A stretch of DNA of 64,000 bases from an uncultured virus (IMG/VR IMGVR_UViG_3300042554_002206) (IMGVR_UViG_3300042554_002206), one strand, 5' to 3'. Numbered from the stretch's first letter, positions 37,249-48,022 are shown. Numbers and translations are program-made. Notes: generated by a model not told the origin, from the letters alone.

Positions 37249-38362
37249 CCGCGATCTCCCCCACCGCCTCGCTAAACGTTCGCCCACCTGCCGGAGCATC
37301 CAATGGCGCCGACGGCTGCAGGCTGCGGGTGCGATCGGGGAATAGGTATCGCTCGCTGGCTGTTGGTGCGGTCAGGGCACGCTGCAGCAGCCCCCTGGCC
37401 CGTTCCTCGCTGATCCCCTCCGCCTTAGCCAGGGCCCTGACCCCTGCCGCCTGCTCCTCCCGCCAGAAGTCGTTGTCGAGCAGGGTGTCACGAATCACCG
37501 GGTCAGCTTCCAGTACCTCATCAGCCGGCAGCGGGACCGGTGTACATCGGCATTGTGGGTGGGCAGGGATGACCACCTGATCAGCCGGGTAGATTCGCCC
37601 ATGGCGGCTGAGGCACCACCTACAGGTGCGTTCATCGGTGGCGGCCACCCAGCGGATGAAGCTAAAGCCCTCGGCCAGATTGTGATCAATCGCCCCACGG
37701 ACATAGGCATTGGCCAGTTCTGACCGGGCGATCACCTCGGCACGCTGGCGGAGCCCCATCCGGGATGCCTTGCCCGTGGGGTCGGTTGTGCCCTCCAACG
37801 CCCCAACGATCTGCCGTTCAAGCCGCTTGGGGCCCCATCCACGGGCGACACCTTCGCCGACGATCTGGGCGATCTGATCCCGGAACCGTGCGGATTCACC
37901 CGACATGAAGGCAGTAGCGGTCTGGGCGGCGGCACGGATCGCCAACGGATTGGCCCCGGCAAAGGTGGCGCTGGCACCGGTGATGATCGTCTGCAATGCG
38001 GCGGCAGCTTCACCGCCAACAGCCAGGGCCTCGACCAGATCGGTGGTGAACTGGCGCTGCCAGGCGGTGATTTCCTCTGGCGACAGGAACTGCTGAGCGT
38101 CCTTAAGGATGGACCGATACTTGGTGGCTGCTTCGGCGGAGCTGTAGGCGCCAGGGGCCCTGATGGGGTTGCCTTCGGGGTCAAGATCGGAGGGGCCCAC
38201 GGCATTGAGGTAGGCGCTGTAGTGCCGCTTCAGGTCACCCAGGACGCGATCCAGTGCGGTGCGCAGCATGGCGGTGGTGTTGGCCAGGGCGCGGGCTTCT
38301 AGCTGGTCAAGTATGGCGGCGTAGGAATCTACGCTGCTGATTATGCGGTCACCTAGGGCCAT
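37226..38362 (-). CDS. Minor head morphogenesis protein (SPP1 gp7 / Mu gpF family)
   Basis: RAEVIARSE...W.AATDERTCRWC...HG...PAHPQCRC. Confidence 0.9.
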   Translation of the reverse strand: MALGDRIISSVDSYAAILDQLEARALANTTAMLRTALDRVLGDLKRHYSAYLNAVGPSDLDPEGNPIRAPGAYSSAEAATKYRSILKDAQQFLSPEEITAWQRQFTTDLVEALAVGGEAAAALQTIITGASATFAGANPLAIRAAAQTATAFMSGESARFRDQIAQIVGEGVARGWGPKRLERQIVGALEGTTDPTGKASRMGLRQRAEVIARSELANAYVRGAIDHNLAEGFSFIRWVAATDERTCRWCLSRHGRIYPADQVVIPAHPQCRCTPVPLPADEVLEADPVIRDTLLDNDFWREEQAAGVRALAKAEGISEERARGLLQRALTAPTASERYLFPDRTRSLQPSAPLDAPAGGRTFSEAVGEIAARRAAGG

Positions 38363-38479
38363 GGATTACCGCGTCCGTTCCTGGAGTAGGTTTCCGACAA
38401 AGGTTGCGGGCGCATAACAAAGCCCCTAGGCGACAACCTAGAGGCTTTGCGTGCGACCAAAGGGATCAGACCGGAGCGC

Positions 38480-38698
38480 TCATTCACCCACCACGCCGTC
38501 GCTTTCAAACTCGCCGACAACTTCCTCGGACGCGAAGTCGTCGGCTTCATCCTCATTGGCGGCCAGGAATACAAACTTCAATTCAGTCTTGACTAAGTCC
38601 AATACGCCAACGGCCTCAAACAGGCTGCATTCGGAGTTTTCAACTAGGTCGGTGACGCCTTTATACAAGGTTTCGGTGGGGGTGATGATTTCAGACAT
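38480..38698 (-). CDS. Small acidic hypothetical protein
   Basis: EAVGVLDLVK motif; followed by a hairpin at 38418-38449. Confidence 0.5.
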   Translation of the reverse strand: MSEIITPTETLYKGVTDLVENSECSLFEAVGVLDLVKTELKFVFLAANEDEADDFASEEVVGEFESDGVVGE

Positions 38699-40726
38699 GG
38701 GGCAGGTCCTTGGGTGGTCACGGCTTAGCTTACCTGCTCCTGCTCCCGGCGTCTACGCTTCCTGGATCGAGCAACCCGGTCCGCTCGATCGGCACGCCCC
38801 GCTTCGGTGTGCAGTCGCCAGCACTCCCAGCAGTGATCACCGTGGGTGCCGGTGTGCTGGCGGGGGCAGCAGGCGCAGGGCCGTAGCTCTGCTGGGGGCA
38901 GCAGGCCGGCTTGGCGCTCGCGGTAGCGGCGCTGGCGGTCGGCGGCGGTGGGGTCGTTAACAGGCATCGGAATTGAAGAAAGACGGCCGGCGAATCAAAG
39001 GGAGGCGGCCGTCAGCCAGACTTCGGGTGTAGATCTTTGTCGGCGCTGGAGGGCTGTTGTATACGTTCCAAACTCCCGACTCCAATCGATCAATGGCCGC
39101 AGGATCTGCGTAGAAAACCTCCCCGCCCCTATAAAGGCAGGCCTGCCCGGGTCGCGGGCCTGATGGCATCGGGGGAGTCAACCGCTCTGCGTCTGTGAGC
39201 TGCCTTGAAAGCTCGCCAGGGCTGATGCTGCGTGAGGGGTCCATGGGCTGGCGGTCAGCTCCGGTGGGGTCAGGCATTGATCTTCACTATGGCGGGCCAA
39301 TTGGGCGTCGCATGGCAGTAAGCCTGCTCAAGGGCCCATTCCAGATCTGTGGCATCAACAGCTATCTCGCCGCCTTCGGTGCGCCAGCCGCGCTTGCCGT
39401 TTCCACGATCTGGGCAGTTGCTGAACACCGTTGCCACAGTTGGCACTTCAGGGCCAAAGTTGTCGGCTATGAACGTTTCGCGCTCGGCATAACTCATGTC
39501 ATCAAACTGAAGGCGGGTCATGGTCGCATCCGGGTCGATGTACTCCTGCCACAAATTGAAGTCGGACGCGATCTCTTTGTAGGTAGGTGATTGATGCACG
39601 GGATTGCCTGGGTGATGGTGGGTTGGTTGCCGAGAAGCCCCGGCGGGCTGGGGGAATCATTCGCAATAGGCCCCCCCGTTTTTCAGTTGTTCATAGTGGT
39701 ATCGGCCAGGCTGATCTCGGTCCGCCGGGATTGTGACCTGGAAATACCCAGGGCGCAGCTCGTCGCTGCACTCAACGCCTGGGTATCCAGGCGCATCTTG
39801 GGTCTCGTGCTCCCTTGGTTCGGAGCACTCGATCATGGTGCCGCTTGTCGTTCTGTAGTTCCAGGTCATGCACCCAGGCTCGTCGCCGTGAGTGTCCATC
39901 CGTAGTCCGCTGCCGCAGCAGCCCGCCAGCGGGTTGAACTGACGGCCAGCCTCGAAGGCTGCCAGGACGGCCCAGAAGGCTTTTTGTTCTTGTCGGTAGG
40001 AATGATTCCTCCCAAATATCTTAATCAATTCTCTGTAATATTCGGCCTGACCCAGAAAGGCCAGGAACTCCTCGCGGCTGAGCGAGTACGGTTTGCCAGG
40101 GGTATGCGAAAGAATGGATTTGGCGTTGGTCATGGTTGAATGATGGTGTCGATGGTGGATAACAGCTGAGCGCTGCAGGCTGGCCGAGGGGTTAGGGCCA
40201 GCGGGCAGGGGTCAAGCAGCGGAGCTGTATTCGCCAGATTCGTAGCGAACAGCGTTATAGAACCGCTTGCCGCGAGGACGCTTTAAGGTCAGCCATTGCC
40301 GAGTTGTAGGCGTTTCGCACCAGCCCACCATTTCGGGGGTAACGGTGAAATCTTTTTCTTTGATGATCTGGTAGATGATGCCTTCAATCGTGACGGTGGG
40401 GAGTTCGGTGGTCAGGGTGGCGGCGGTCATTACTGGCTGGTTAGGTGGTGGTGGCAAAGGTGATGGGTTGCCGGGATAAGCTCCCGGCGGGAGGGGGTCA
40501 GGCGGCTATGCCGTAAACCTTGGCAAAGACCAGCTCGCGAGCGTCGATGGGGCAAGCCATAGCGGTCTTTTTGATTTCTTTAGGCCAGTAGGCATTGTCG
40601 TCAGCGCAGTAGCTTTCGATAGTTGCGGTGTAGACGGAGCCGATGTAAGCGGCGTAGGCGAGGTTGCTGGTCATGGCTGGCGGTGCAAAGTGGTGGCGGC
40701 TCGGGTTCCCCCTTGCCTGTCTCTAT

Positions 40727-40789
40727 ATGGTAGCCGGTCCGTTACGGGATAGCGAAGGGATAGTGGACCGGTTCACAGATTGTCGCAAT
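40727..40789 (-). promoter_or_regulatory. Repeated promoter element 1 (TACCAT -10 plus upstream HLR1-like direct repeat)
   Basis: CGTAACGGACCGGCTACCAT on the - strand; TTCACAGA-N2-GTCGCAAT at a fixed 45-nt offset. Confidence 0.65.
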
Positions 40790-41469
40790 CGGTCAGACGC
40801 GGAACCCGACCCGCGCTTCGGACTCCTGCTGCCAGCGCTCCAGATCGTAGCTGCGTCGGCTTGCAGCATCCCTCTCCCAGTACTGCGATGCCTCCATGTC
40901 GTCGGCTGCGGTGACGCCGTGGGCCAAGCTGGTTACTTCGTGGGCGGGAACGATGACTAGGTGATTCATTGCCAGGGTGCTGGGTTGTTGGATGGTTGAA
41001 GAGCGGACAACAGGGGCCTGAAGGTGGACCCCTGCGTTGGTGTTAGCCCCAGATTTTCTTGTGAGCGTCTGCAGGCTTGCGGAACGCCTTGGCTCCTGCG
41101 GGCTTCTCGAACTGAATTGTTGTGCCTGCCGTTGCGGGGATAGGACCAAGGTTCAGGGTTGAGATTGTGTAGCCGTTGCGAAGTGGGCCGTTGATGTACC
41201 AGGTATTGGCGATGTGCAGCAGGCCACGGGCTTCGGTCTGGGTGCCATCCTCGCGGGTGATGAGGATGTGATCAATTTCTTCCCCGCGAAACTGCGTCCA
41301 GAACTGGCCGGCGGCGGCGAAGTCGGAAACGGTCAGGGTGGTGGTCATGGCTGGCAGTCGGTGGCGGTGGTGGTGGTGGTTGGTTGCCCCCGGACTACTG
41401 GGGGCGGTTCGGCTCGGTTTAACGCCTGTAGCCGGCTGGCGATCGGTGGATCTCTCCCCCGGTCTTCAT

Positions 41470-41532
41470 ATAGTAGCCGGTGCGTTACGCAACACGCGGG
41501 GGAAGGGGTGACAGTTCACAGATTGTCGCAAT
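41470..41532 (-). promoter_or_regulatory. Repeated promoter element 2
   Basis: CGTAACGCACCGGCTACTAT; identical 18-mer at the same 45-nt offset. Confidence 0.65.
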
Positions 41533-41939
41533 CTGGGCCGGGCATGAAAAAGCCCCGTGTGACCGGGGCGGTGCTTGCCGATCACTGCAGTTGATCGCGG
41601 TGTAGCGGTTCCTCACACCCCTTACGCGGAACTGTCACCTCCCGCACTTGCTCGGACTGCCGATCCCAGACCTTGAATTTGGCGCTGGTGGTGCCGTGGC
41701 CCCAGAATTCGGGAGTGCGGCTCAGCCAGATCAACAGCTCAATACTGTTGGCCCAGGCAGTGGCGCCGATCGACTCCAGTTGCTCAATCGTGCGGCAAAG
41801 CTCAACGCCAGCAGCGCTGCGAACCGTGAAGCCAGCAATTCTGCCGCCGACTTCATCGGCATACACCAGCTTGGTATCGGTGGTGGTCATGTTCAGCGCA
41901 GCCTCTGGGCTGCCGAGCGGGGCCGCCCCCTGTCGTCAT

Positions 41940-42002
41940 ATTGTAGCCGGTCCGTTACGGCTCAGCAGTAACCAGCCCGCACACTTCGCAATCCGTCACA
42001 AT
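41940..42002 (-). promoter_or_regulatory. Repeated promoter element 3
   Basis: CGTAACGGACCGGCTACAAT; TTCGCAAT-N2-GTCACAAT at the same offset. Confidence 0.65.
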
Positions 42003-42005
42003 CCC

Positions 42006-43508
42006 TCAGCCCTCATCCTCGCCCGGTAGCTCCTCATCCAGTGGCGTGATCGTGTCGTCCCGCTCCGGCGTCGGCGCCCCCAGCATCGGCCGCTCCCGGT
42101 TGATCCGCTCCATCTCATCGGCCACGCTGGTTGTTGACCGGTTGAACCCACCACGAATCAGCTCCGCAACGCCGCTCTCCTGGCTGATCAGCTCAACACC
42201 ACCAGCAAGCCGCTGCAATGCGTCTGCTCGTTGCGCATCCACCGGGGGGGCGAAGGCGTTTTCGTCCATGGTCAGGCCGGCGCCTACTGCCAGCTTTTCG
42301 CCGGTGTAGAGGCACCAGATCACAAGGATGGACTGCATAACCGACTTCTTGCGCTCGCCCATCGCCCTAGTACTCGCCTGGGTTCGGCCGCCTTCCATCT
42401 GCGACTGGGTGGCGGTCTTGGCGATCTTGCTCTCGCCGGTCAGGAAACCCATCAACTGCTGATCAATCAGCTCCTTTACTTCGGCGACTTGAGCCCGCTG
42501 CTCAGCCAGTGAGGTAGCCGCAGGCTCAGACCAGTAGAACTTCCCTCCCGTTTGCAGCCTGATTACAGTGTTGGGCCCGATCACCAGCGGGGCGGCAGGC
42601 TGGCCAGGGCCAGGCGGTAGGCCACCTTCCTCCACCGGCACCGGCATGGCGCACTTGTGGGTTTTCTCCTCTAAATCGCTTGACTTGCGGAAAAACTGGA
42701 AGCACCTCTCCACCACCTGCCGCAGCGGTAGAGCACCTTGGCCGAAGCCAGCCTTCTCGGCCGAGTACCAAACCACGGGGCAGATGGTCAGCGGCTTTTG
42801 GTTCGAGTCGAGGTACTCCCCGTTTTCTACCTCCTGGATTTCCATCGAGCCATCGGCACGTTTCACCAGTCGGTAGAGCGTCCACTTACCCGGCTCGATC
42901 ACCCGGTAGCGCTCTTCATATTTCACCCCAAAATCACCATCCTCACTGTCAACTTCCGCCCATTCCAGGAAGGTGCAGCGGGTCACCACCTCAACCGAAC
43001 CCACTACGGCGGTCCGCCAGTTCAGGCAGGTGGCACGGGTGCGGCTGACTAGGTATGGGCGCCGCTTTGCCGCTGCTTCACTGGCCCCATCGGTGGGCTG
43101 GCCATCTGGCATCTCCACGATGATCGGGACGGCGCCATCGCGCAGACACAGGGGATCCACGGTGAGCCAGAAAGCCTCAAGCGAATTGCCCTCCAGGTCT
43201 ACGTTATCCTTGGCTGCTTCAAATGTTGGCGGCGGATCCTTCAACTCAGAGCGCGATAACACTCCAGCGAAACCCTCCAGACCCGCTCTGAAAAAATCGG
43301 GAAATACAGCACGCCCTAGCCGGCCTTGATAGGCTTCGGGTGGTTCGGCTGGCTCAGTCGGCAGGTATTTGCGCTTGACATCATCACCATTACCCTTGAG
43401 GCAATACCAAGCGTCATAGGCACGCTCCAGATCTTCCTGATGCTCCTTTAGTACCGGGTGCTGAAAGCTCGGCAGCTTGGGGTCAGTTCCAGGATGACTC
43501 GACTTCAC
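42006..43508 (-). CDS. Portal protein (DUF4055-like)
   Basis: KYLP.EPAEPPEAYQGRLGRAVF...NVDLEGNSL; 500 aa, downstream of the terminase. Confidence 0.85.
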   Translation of the reverse strand: MKSSHPGTDPKLPSFQHPVLKEHQEDLERAYDAWYCLKGNGDDVKRKYLPTEPAEPPEAYQGRLGRAVFPDFFRAGLEGFAGVLSRSELKDPPPTFEAAKDNVDLEGNSLEAFWLTVDPLCLRDGAVPIIVEMPDGQPTDGASEAAAKRRPYLVSRTRATCLNWRTAVVGSVEVVTRCTFLEWAEVDSEDGDFGVKYEERYRVIEPGKWTLYRLVKRADGSMEIQEVENGEYLDSNQKPLTICPVVWYSAEKAGFGQGALPLRQVVERCFQFFRKSSDLEEKTHKCAMPVPVEEGGLPPGPGQPAAPLVIGPNTVIRLQTGGKFYWSEPAATSLAEQRAQVAEVKELIDQQLMGFLTGESKIAKTATQSQMEGGRTQASTRAMGERKKSVMQSILVIWCLYTGEKLAVGAGLTMDENAFAPPVDAQRADALQRLAGGVELISQESGVAELIRGGFNRSTTSVADEMERINRERPMLGAPTPERDDTITPLDEELPGEDEG

Positions 43509-43550
43509 CAGCGCCTACGATTAGCCTGCTACTGGAGCTTTCCTGCTGGG

Positions 43551-44642
43551 CTATAGCTTTACCGCTCTAGGGTGTGGCCGTCGCTGGTTGCGGCCGAACA
43601 GCGACGGCTGAACGACTGGGGAAGCTGCGGGCCTGGGCTGGCGTGGGCTGCGGGCCTTGGGTGCTGGGGGTGTGGCCACCACGTCAATGCCAAGGATCCC
43701 CTGGCGGAACTGCTGCAAGGTCTTGCCGCGCAGCTGGGCCTTCTGGCGGTTGTCAAATTGGATGATGGGCCCGTATGGGTAGGGTCGCTTGAACGGATTG
43801 GCGGACCATCGCTCCAGCAAGCCACGATCAGCGGGCCGTAGGTTGCTGAATGCCTGTTCGGTGAGGAGGAACAACGCCGGGACAAGGCTGTCATCCACGG
43901 CCTCGGGCTGGTGATCGCTGATCAGGGTGATCTCGTCTTCTAACTGAACAGTGCCGATCATGGCACCCATCATTTCGGTGATCTCAGCCTCGGTGAAGGC
44001 GGGGATGGCCTCCACTATCTGGGCCAGGGTCAAGCCTTCGGCCAGCAACCTGCGCACCTTAGGGTAGTACTCACGCCACTTACTGGGCATTTTCACGTCG
44101 TAGCCATGATCCCTAATGTGGTGCTTGATCTGCCCCTCGATGTATTGGCAGACGCAGGTACTGATGGCGTACGGGCGACCGGTGCCAGGGTTGAGGCGCT
44201 CGGGATCGTAACGCCGGCAGCCGGTCACCAGCCCCTCCAATGCAGGGCCGATGAAATCGTCATAGGGCCGACCGCAAAGCCTTGACCATTTGTTGGCAGC
44301 TTTGCGGGCGAGTCCTTGGTTTTCGACGATCAATCGCTCTGACAGCTCGGTACGTGGCGGGCTGCCAGGTTTGACTGGCTGCTCTAGGGGTTCTCCTTTA
44401 CGAACAGCTCGCCGCGATCGAGTAGCACGACGTGGGCGGGGGTCAGGTGGATCTTCACCTCCGGCGATGGTGGCGTCCAGCTCCCCCCGAACCGGAATAA
44501 CTCCAGGTGGCTCCCCTGCGACGACTGGCGAAGGCGCCACGTCCCCGCCACCGGCTTGCCGACCAGTTGGGACAAGGGTGCTGGTGGGAGCTTCAGGGTT
44601 GCCATCGGTGGGTTGCGGTTGCGGGTTGGGGATGGTGGTCAT
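43551..44642 (-). CDS. Phage-encoded RNA polymerase sigma factor (SigF/sigma-28-like); start uncertain
   Basis: Region 2 pattern LIVENQGLARKAA...YDDFIGPALEGLVTGCRRYDP...IST...YIEGQIKHHIRD. Confidence 0.8.
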   Translation of the reverse strand: MTTIPNPQPQPTDGNPEAPTSTLVPTGRQAGGGDVAPSPVVAGEPPGVIPVRGELDATIAGGEDPPDPRPRRATRSRRAVRKGEPLEQPVKPGSPPRTELSERLIVENQGLARKAANKWSRLCGRPYDDFIGPALEGLVTGCRRYDPERLNPGTGRPYAISTCVCQYIEGQIKHHIRDHGYDVKMPSKWREYYPKVRRLLAEGLTLAQIVEAIPAFTEAEITEMMGAMIGTVQLEDEITLISDHQPEAVDDSLVPALFLLTEQAFSNLRPADRGLLERWSANPFKRPYPYGPIIQFDNRQKAQLRGKTLQQFRQGILGIDVVATPPAPKARSPRQPRPAASPVVQPSLFGRNQRRPHPRAVKL

Positions 44643-45100
44643 GACTGGCGGCCAGATGCACGGATGCGGATTGACCATCGCTTTGCCTTGATTGCCAACT
44701 CATCAGCTTCACAAGCCTGTCGTTTCTGCTCCAAGGCGGATTGGCGAGCGTCCCGGTCTTTACGCAAAACGTCCAGCGCTTCGACGGGTAACAAGATATG
44801 ACCCCCATAATCTTCGCCAAGTTCAGGGCCAGCCATCTGGTACTCCCACAGCTTGCTCTTGGATATACCGTGAGGCCTTACCCCTTCGTATTGAATGCTG
44901 GTAATCGGGATCATCTCCGACCAGTTCTGCTCCAGTAGCCAATCAACGACCGCAGGGGGCGGAAGGTGCGGGTCGCGATTGTAACTGGCGTCGTCGCCTA
45001 CGATTAGGTCACGAAACTCAACTTCAGGCAGTTCGGCTCCGGTGAGGTAGTCAACAGGGCGGGTGTCCATGGGTGTGTCCTGTGTGGGTTGGGTGGTCAT
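44639..45100 (-). CDS. Hypothetical protein
   Basis: ATGA-coupled on both sides. Confidence 0.5.
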   Translation of the reverse strand: MTTQPTQDTPMDTRPVDYLTGAELPEVEFRDLIVGDDASYNRDPHLPPPAVVDWLLEQNWSEMIPITSIQYEGVRPHGISKSKLWEYQMAGPELGEDYGGHILLPVEALDVLRKDRDARQSALEQKRQACEADELAIKAKRWSIRIRASGRQS

Positions 45101-46539
45101 CGAAAGCCGGGGATAGGCGATCGCCTAGGCACCGGCTCCCGTGGTGGCGGGGCGGCGGCGCCATGGCCATAGGTGGCGGTGGTGATGCGCATGGGGCCAC
45201 CAGGACCGTAGCCCAGCTCAGCGGCATAGAGTCGGTGAAGGGGATAGCCGACGGCATCATTGGGATGGTCGTAGCCCGTCTTCTTGTCCGGTTCGCCTTG
45301 TTCGTTGTAGCCCTGGCGCTCTAGTGCCTCGATCAGCCGTGGGCAGTCTTCGGTGATATAGAACCGCGTCTCGCCTTTGGCATTTAGCAGTAGAGCCTGC
45401 ACCACGTTGACCCGATCGCGCACCGGGGGATTGGCGTCAGGTGCGTAGTTGATGAAGCCGTAGGACTTGAGGATCCCAATGTCCGAGAGGCTGGCGTTGG
45501 TGCTGCGGTTGGCGCCGCTGGCATCGGGATAAGCCCAGATCGCACGTTCAGGGAACCGCTTGCAGATCTTTCGGCACATGTCGTCAGTGTCATGGGCGCC
45601 CATGATCTCGGCGAAAGCATGAACAATCCGGCCACGCACTACCAGTAGGACGGCGGACATATTGCCCACGTTGAAGTCAATGCCAACCAGGATCTGATCG
45701 GCGTCTCGCAGCCCATCGGGCAGGGGCTTGACGTGGTGATCACGACTGAACCGGTCGTACACCTGACCGGTCTTCAGGTTGACGTAGATGCCATCCATGT
45801 AGGCCACAAGCATTGGCCCGGTGTAGCGGGTGCGCAGGTTGTCGAGATAGGCGTCGGGCAAGTGCGGGTTGTCCTGAGTGCGCATCCTGATCAGCCGCTT
45901 GCCAGGGTCGCCCTGGGCCTCGACGGTGCCAAACGTCTTGTAATGCCAGACAAATCCTTCGGGAGTTGACAGGGAAACAATCTGGCTGACATGACCGACC
46001 CGGATCCGGCCAAGGATTTTTTCGTAGCCCCGTGCGGCGATGTACTCCTGCACGGTGTCAACCTCGTCAATCAGCGCCCATGCCCAGTCAGGACCGACGA
46101 TGCGTTTGTAGTTTTCAAAGCTTCGGGCAACTACAGGCGTATCACCTTCGGGCAGGTGGAGGACGTGCTCGGGAAGGGGTGTGGCGCGGAAGGTGTAGGG
46201 GATGCCGTAATGATCCAGGAAGTCGTCAAACTTCCTAATCCAGATGTCCCGCAACATCGGCCCAGTGGGCTCCAACACGCAGCCAATGAAGCCCTGGTTG
46301 AGCACGGCGAGCTGAAAGGCTTTAGCGCAAGCGCCAAGGGTTTTCCCTGCCCCGTAGCCAGCGGCCACGCCGATCTCACGGGTGGTGGTGTCATCGAACA
46401 GCTCAACCTGCCCACCATGGAGGTCGTCACGGATGCGGGCGAGGGTCGCGGGAATGTCTAGGCGGGTGTGTGCCGCTTCGGTGCGCTCCAGTTCCAGCAC
46501 CGCAAGGCGTGCGGCGGCGGTGGGAGCGCGGACGATCAT
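45097..46539 (-). CDS. terL: Terminase large subunit
   Basis: Walker A AGYGAGKT, Walker B LIDE, STPEG, DNPHL, nuclease GIDFN...DHPNDAVGY. Confidence 0.95.
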   Translation of the reverse strand: MIVRAPTAAARLAVLELERTEAAHTRLDIPATLARIRDDLHGGQVELFDDTTTREIGVAAGYGAGKTLGACAKAFQLAVLNQGFIGCVLEPTGPMLRDIWIRKFDDFLDHYGIPYTFRATPLPEHVLHLPEGDTPVVARSFENYKRIVGPDWAWALIDEVDTVQEYIAARGYEKILGRIRVGHVSQIVSLSTPEGFVWHYKTFGTVEAQGDPGKRLIRMRTQDNPHLPDAYLDNLRTRYTGPMLVAYMDGIYVNLKTGQVYDRFSRDHHVKPLPDGLRDADQILVGIDFNVGNMSAVLLVVRGRIVHAFAEIMGAHDTDDMCRKICKRFPERAIWAYPDASGANRSTNASLSDIGILKSYGFINYAPDANPPVRDRVNVVQALLLNAKGETRFYITEDCPRLIEALERQGYNEQGEPDKKTGYDHPNDAVGYPLHRLYAAELGYGPGGPMRITTATYGHGAAAPPPREPVPRRSPIPGFR

Positions 46540-46865
46540 GTCACCGGCCCCACGCGATGCACAGCCCAGTAGGCGCCGGGCGCCAGTTGCGGCCCGCTCT
46601 GCAACCTGCAGTCCAGCAACTGGTGTTCCAGCAGTGCCGAGATGCGCCGAAGGACCGTGCCTTGATCGCACGCCCACCGGGCCTGCAGTTCCAGTGATGT
46701 GATCTCCGGGATCAGCCCTGCCCGGATGCGCATACCCAGCCATTGCGACAGATCGAGGCAGTCGAGCAGGGTGATGGGTGGCACATAAGCGCGGCGTGCC
46801 AGCAGGGTGCGAACCAGGTCGGGGGTCACGCCTGCCCCCCAAACTGGCGGAGCATGGCGCGGCAA
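46536..46865 (-). CDS. Putative winged-HTH protein
   Basis: ITSLELQARWACDQGTVLRRISAL. Confidence 0.5.
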   Translation of the reverse strand: MPRHAPPVWGAGVTPDLVRTLLARRAYVPPITLLDCLDLSQWLGMRIRAGLIPEITSLELQARWACDQGTVLRRISALLEHQLLDCRLQSGPQLAPGAYWAVHRVGPVT

Positions 46866-47482
46866 CAGGCCTCCGTCACAGCAGCCTCACCGTGCTCCGC
46901 CTTGATGAGGGTCCAGCTCTGCTGGCCAGCCACGGCGGCAAAGCCCCGTCTCACACGAGACAGGAATTCCCACCCTCCCGCCTCAATGCGGTCGGACGAC
47001 TGCCCGCCACGGCGCCGGATCGACTCGGCCACGGACACATCCAGCCAGAGGGTGAGATCGGCCATCAGGCCGCCTGTGGCCAGAAACTCCAGTGCTCTAA
47101 TCAGGCCCAAGTCCAAGCCCCTGCCATAGCCCTGATAGGCGGCGGTCGATCCGGTGAAGCGATCGCACAGCACCCAATCCCCAGCTTCAAGCGCTGGCCG
47201 CAGGACGGTTTCGACGTGCTGGGCCCGATCGGCGGCATACAGCAGCAGCTCTGCACGGGGCACCGGGGCCGCTTCCCCAGGAGGGTGCAGCAGCAGCTCC
47301 CGCAACGCCTGGCCCAGGGCGGTGCCCCCAGGCTCACGGCTCACAACCACGCGGGCGCCGGGGGGCATCAGGCCGCTGGTGGGTAGCCATTGGCGCAAGG
47401 CCTCCAGTTGCGTGGTCTTGCCACAGTTGTCGATCCCTTCGAGGACAATGAAGCGGCCACGGGCTGGGGTTGGGTTGGTCAT
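46826..47482 (-). CDS. tmk: Thymidylate (dTMP) kinase
   Basis: FIVLEGIDNCGKTTQ, REPGGT, LLYAADRAQH, DRF..ST.AYQG. Confidence 0.95.
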   Translation of the reverse strand: MTNPTPARGRFIVLEGIDNCGKTTQLEALRQWLPTSGLMPPGARVVVSREPGGTALGQALRELLLHPPGEAAPVPRAELLLYAADRAQHVETVLRPALEAGDWVLCDRFTGSTAAYQGYGRGLDLGLIRALEFLATGGLMADLTLWLDVSVAESIRRRGGQSSDRIEAGGWEFLSRVRRGFAAVAGQQSWTLIKAEHGEAAVTEACCRAMLRQFGGQA

Positions 47483-47985
47483 GCCTCCCCCTCTCCCTCA
47501 TGTGTCTCCAGTCCACGGGCATTGATCTGCAGCATCACCCGACGCTCATCCTCCGGCGTCAGGCCAGCAGCGGCGATGGCGTCAACCACGGCGGCGACGG
47601 TCTTGCGTTCGGTGCGACGTTCGGCGGCGGCATCGCTGAAGTCATCACGGAAGAATGGATGATGGGTCAGGAACCAGGTGGCAGCCGTGGTGCTGCCGTT
47701 GGAGGATTGTTCCTTAAGATTGGTAAGGTAGTTTTTGCCCGTATTTATCCATCCTTCATGGATGGTGTTACGAAACTGTGCTCGCAAATCATCGTCCGGA
47801 AGGTCTTTCCCCTCTTTGATCCAGCAGTGGGCGGTCTTCCTGCTAATTCCAAGGCTTGCCGCGATCATCGTCACGGTCGCTCCTGTTTCCGCCATGGTTC
47901 CAGCCCCTTTGACCATGGCGGCTGTCAGCAAGGATGGGCGGCCACCGGCTGACACAGGCGATAACGCGGCGTTACGGTCGTGCAT
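47479..47985 (-). CDS. terS: Terminase small subunit (HTH)
   Basis: GGRPSLLT, IAASLGISRKTAHCW, AATWFL; upstream of terL. Confidence 0.65.
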   Translation of the reverse strand: MHDRNAALSPVSAGGRPSLLTAAMVKGAGTMAETGATVTMIAASLGISRKTAHCWIKEGKDLPDDDLRAQFRNTIHEGWINTGKNYLTNLKEQSSNGSTTAATWFLTHHPFFRDDFSDAAAERRTERKTVAAVVDAIAAAGLTPEDERRVMLQINARGLETHEGEGEA

Positions 47986-48022
47986 AGTCTAAGCCATTCC
48001 TGCGGTTTTGGAAGGGTATCGG

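Larger units (their letters stand above)
38725..41890 (-). other. Island of short hypothetical genes (38725-38967, 38957-39277, 39270-39599, 39657-40133, 40212-40457, 41043-41348, 41582-41890)
   Basis: Short co-oriented ORFs, many with C/A-rich leaders and MTT-type starts, behind three repeated promoter elements. Confidence 0.55.

Noticed and set aside
45097..46842. 581-aa terminase as listed in the ORF track
   Set aside because: The first ~100 codons overlap the HTH ORF; the ATGA-coupled start at 46539 fits better.
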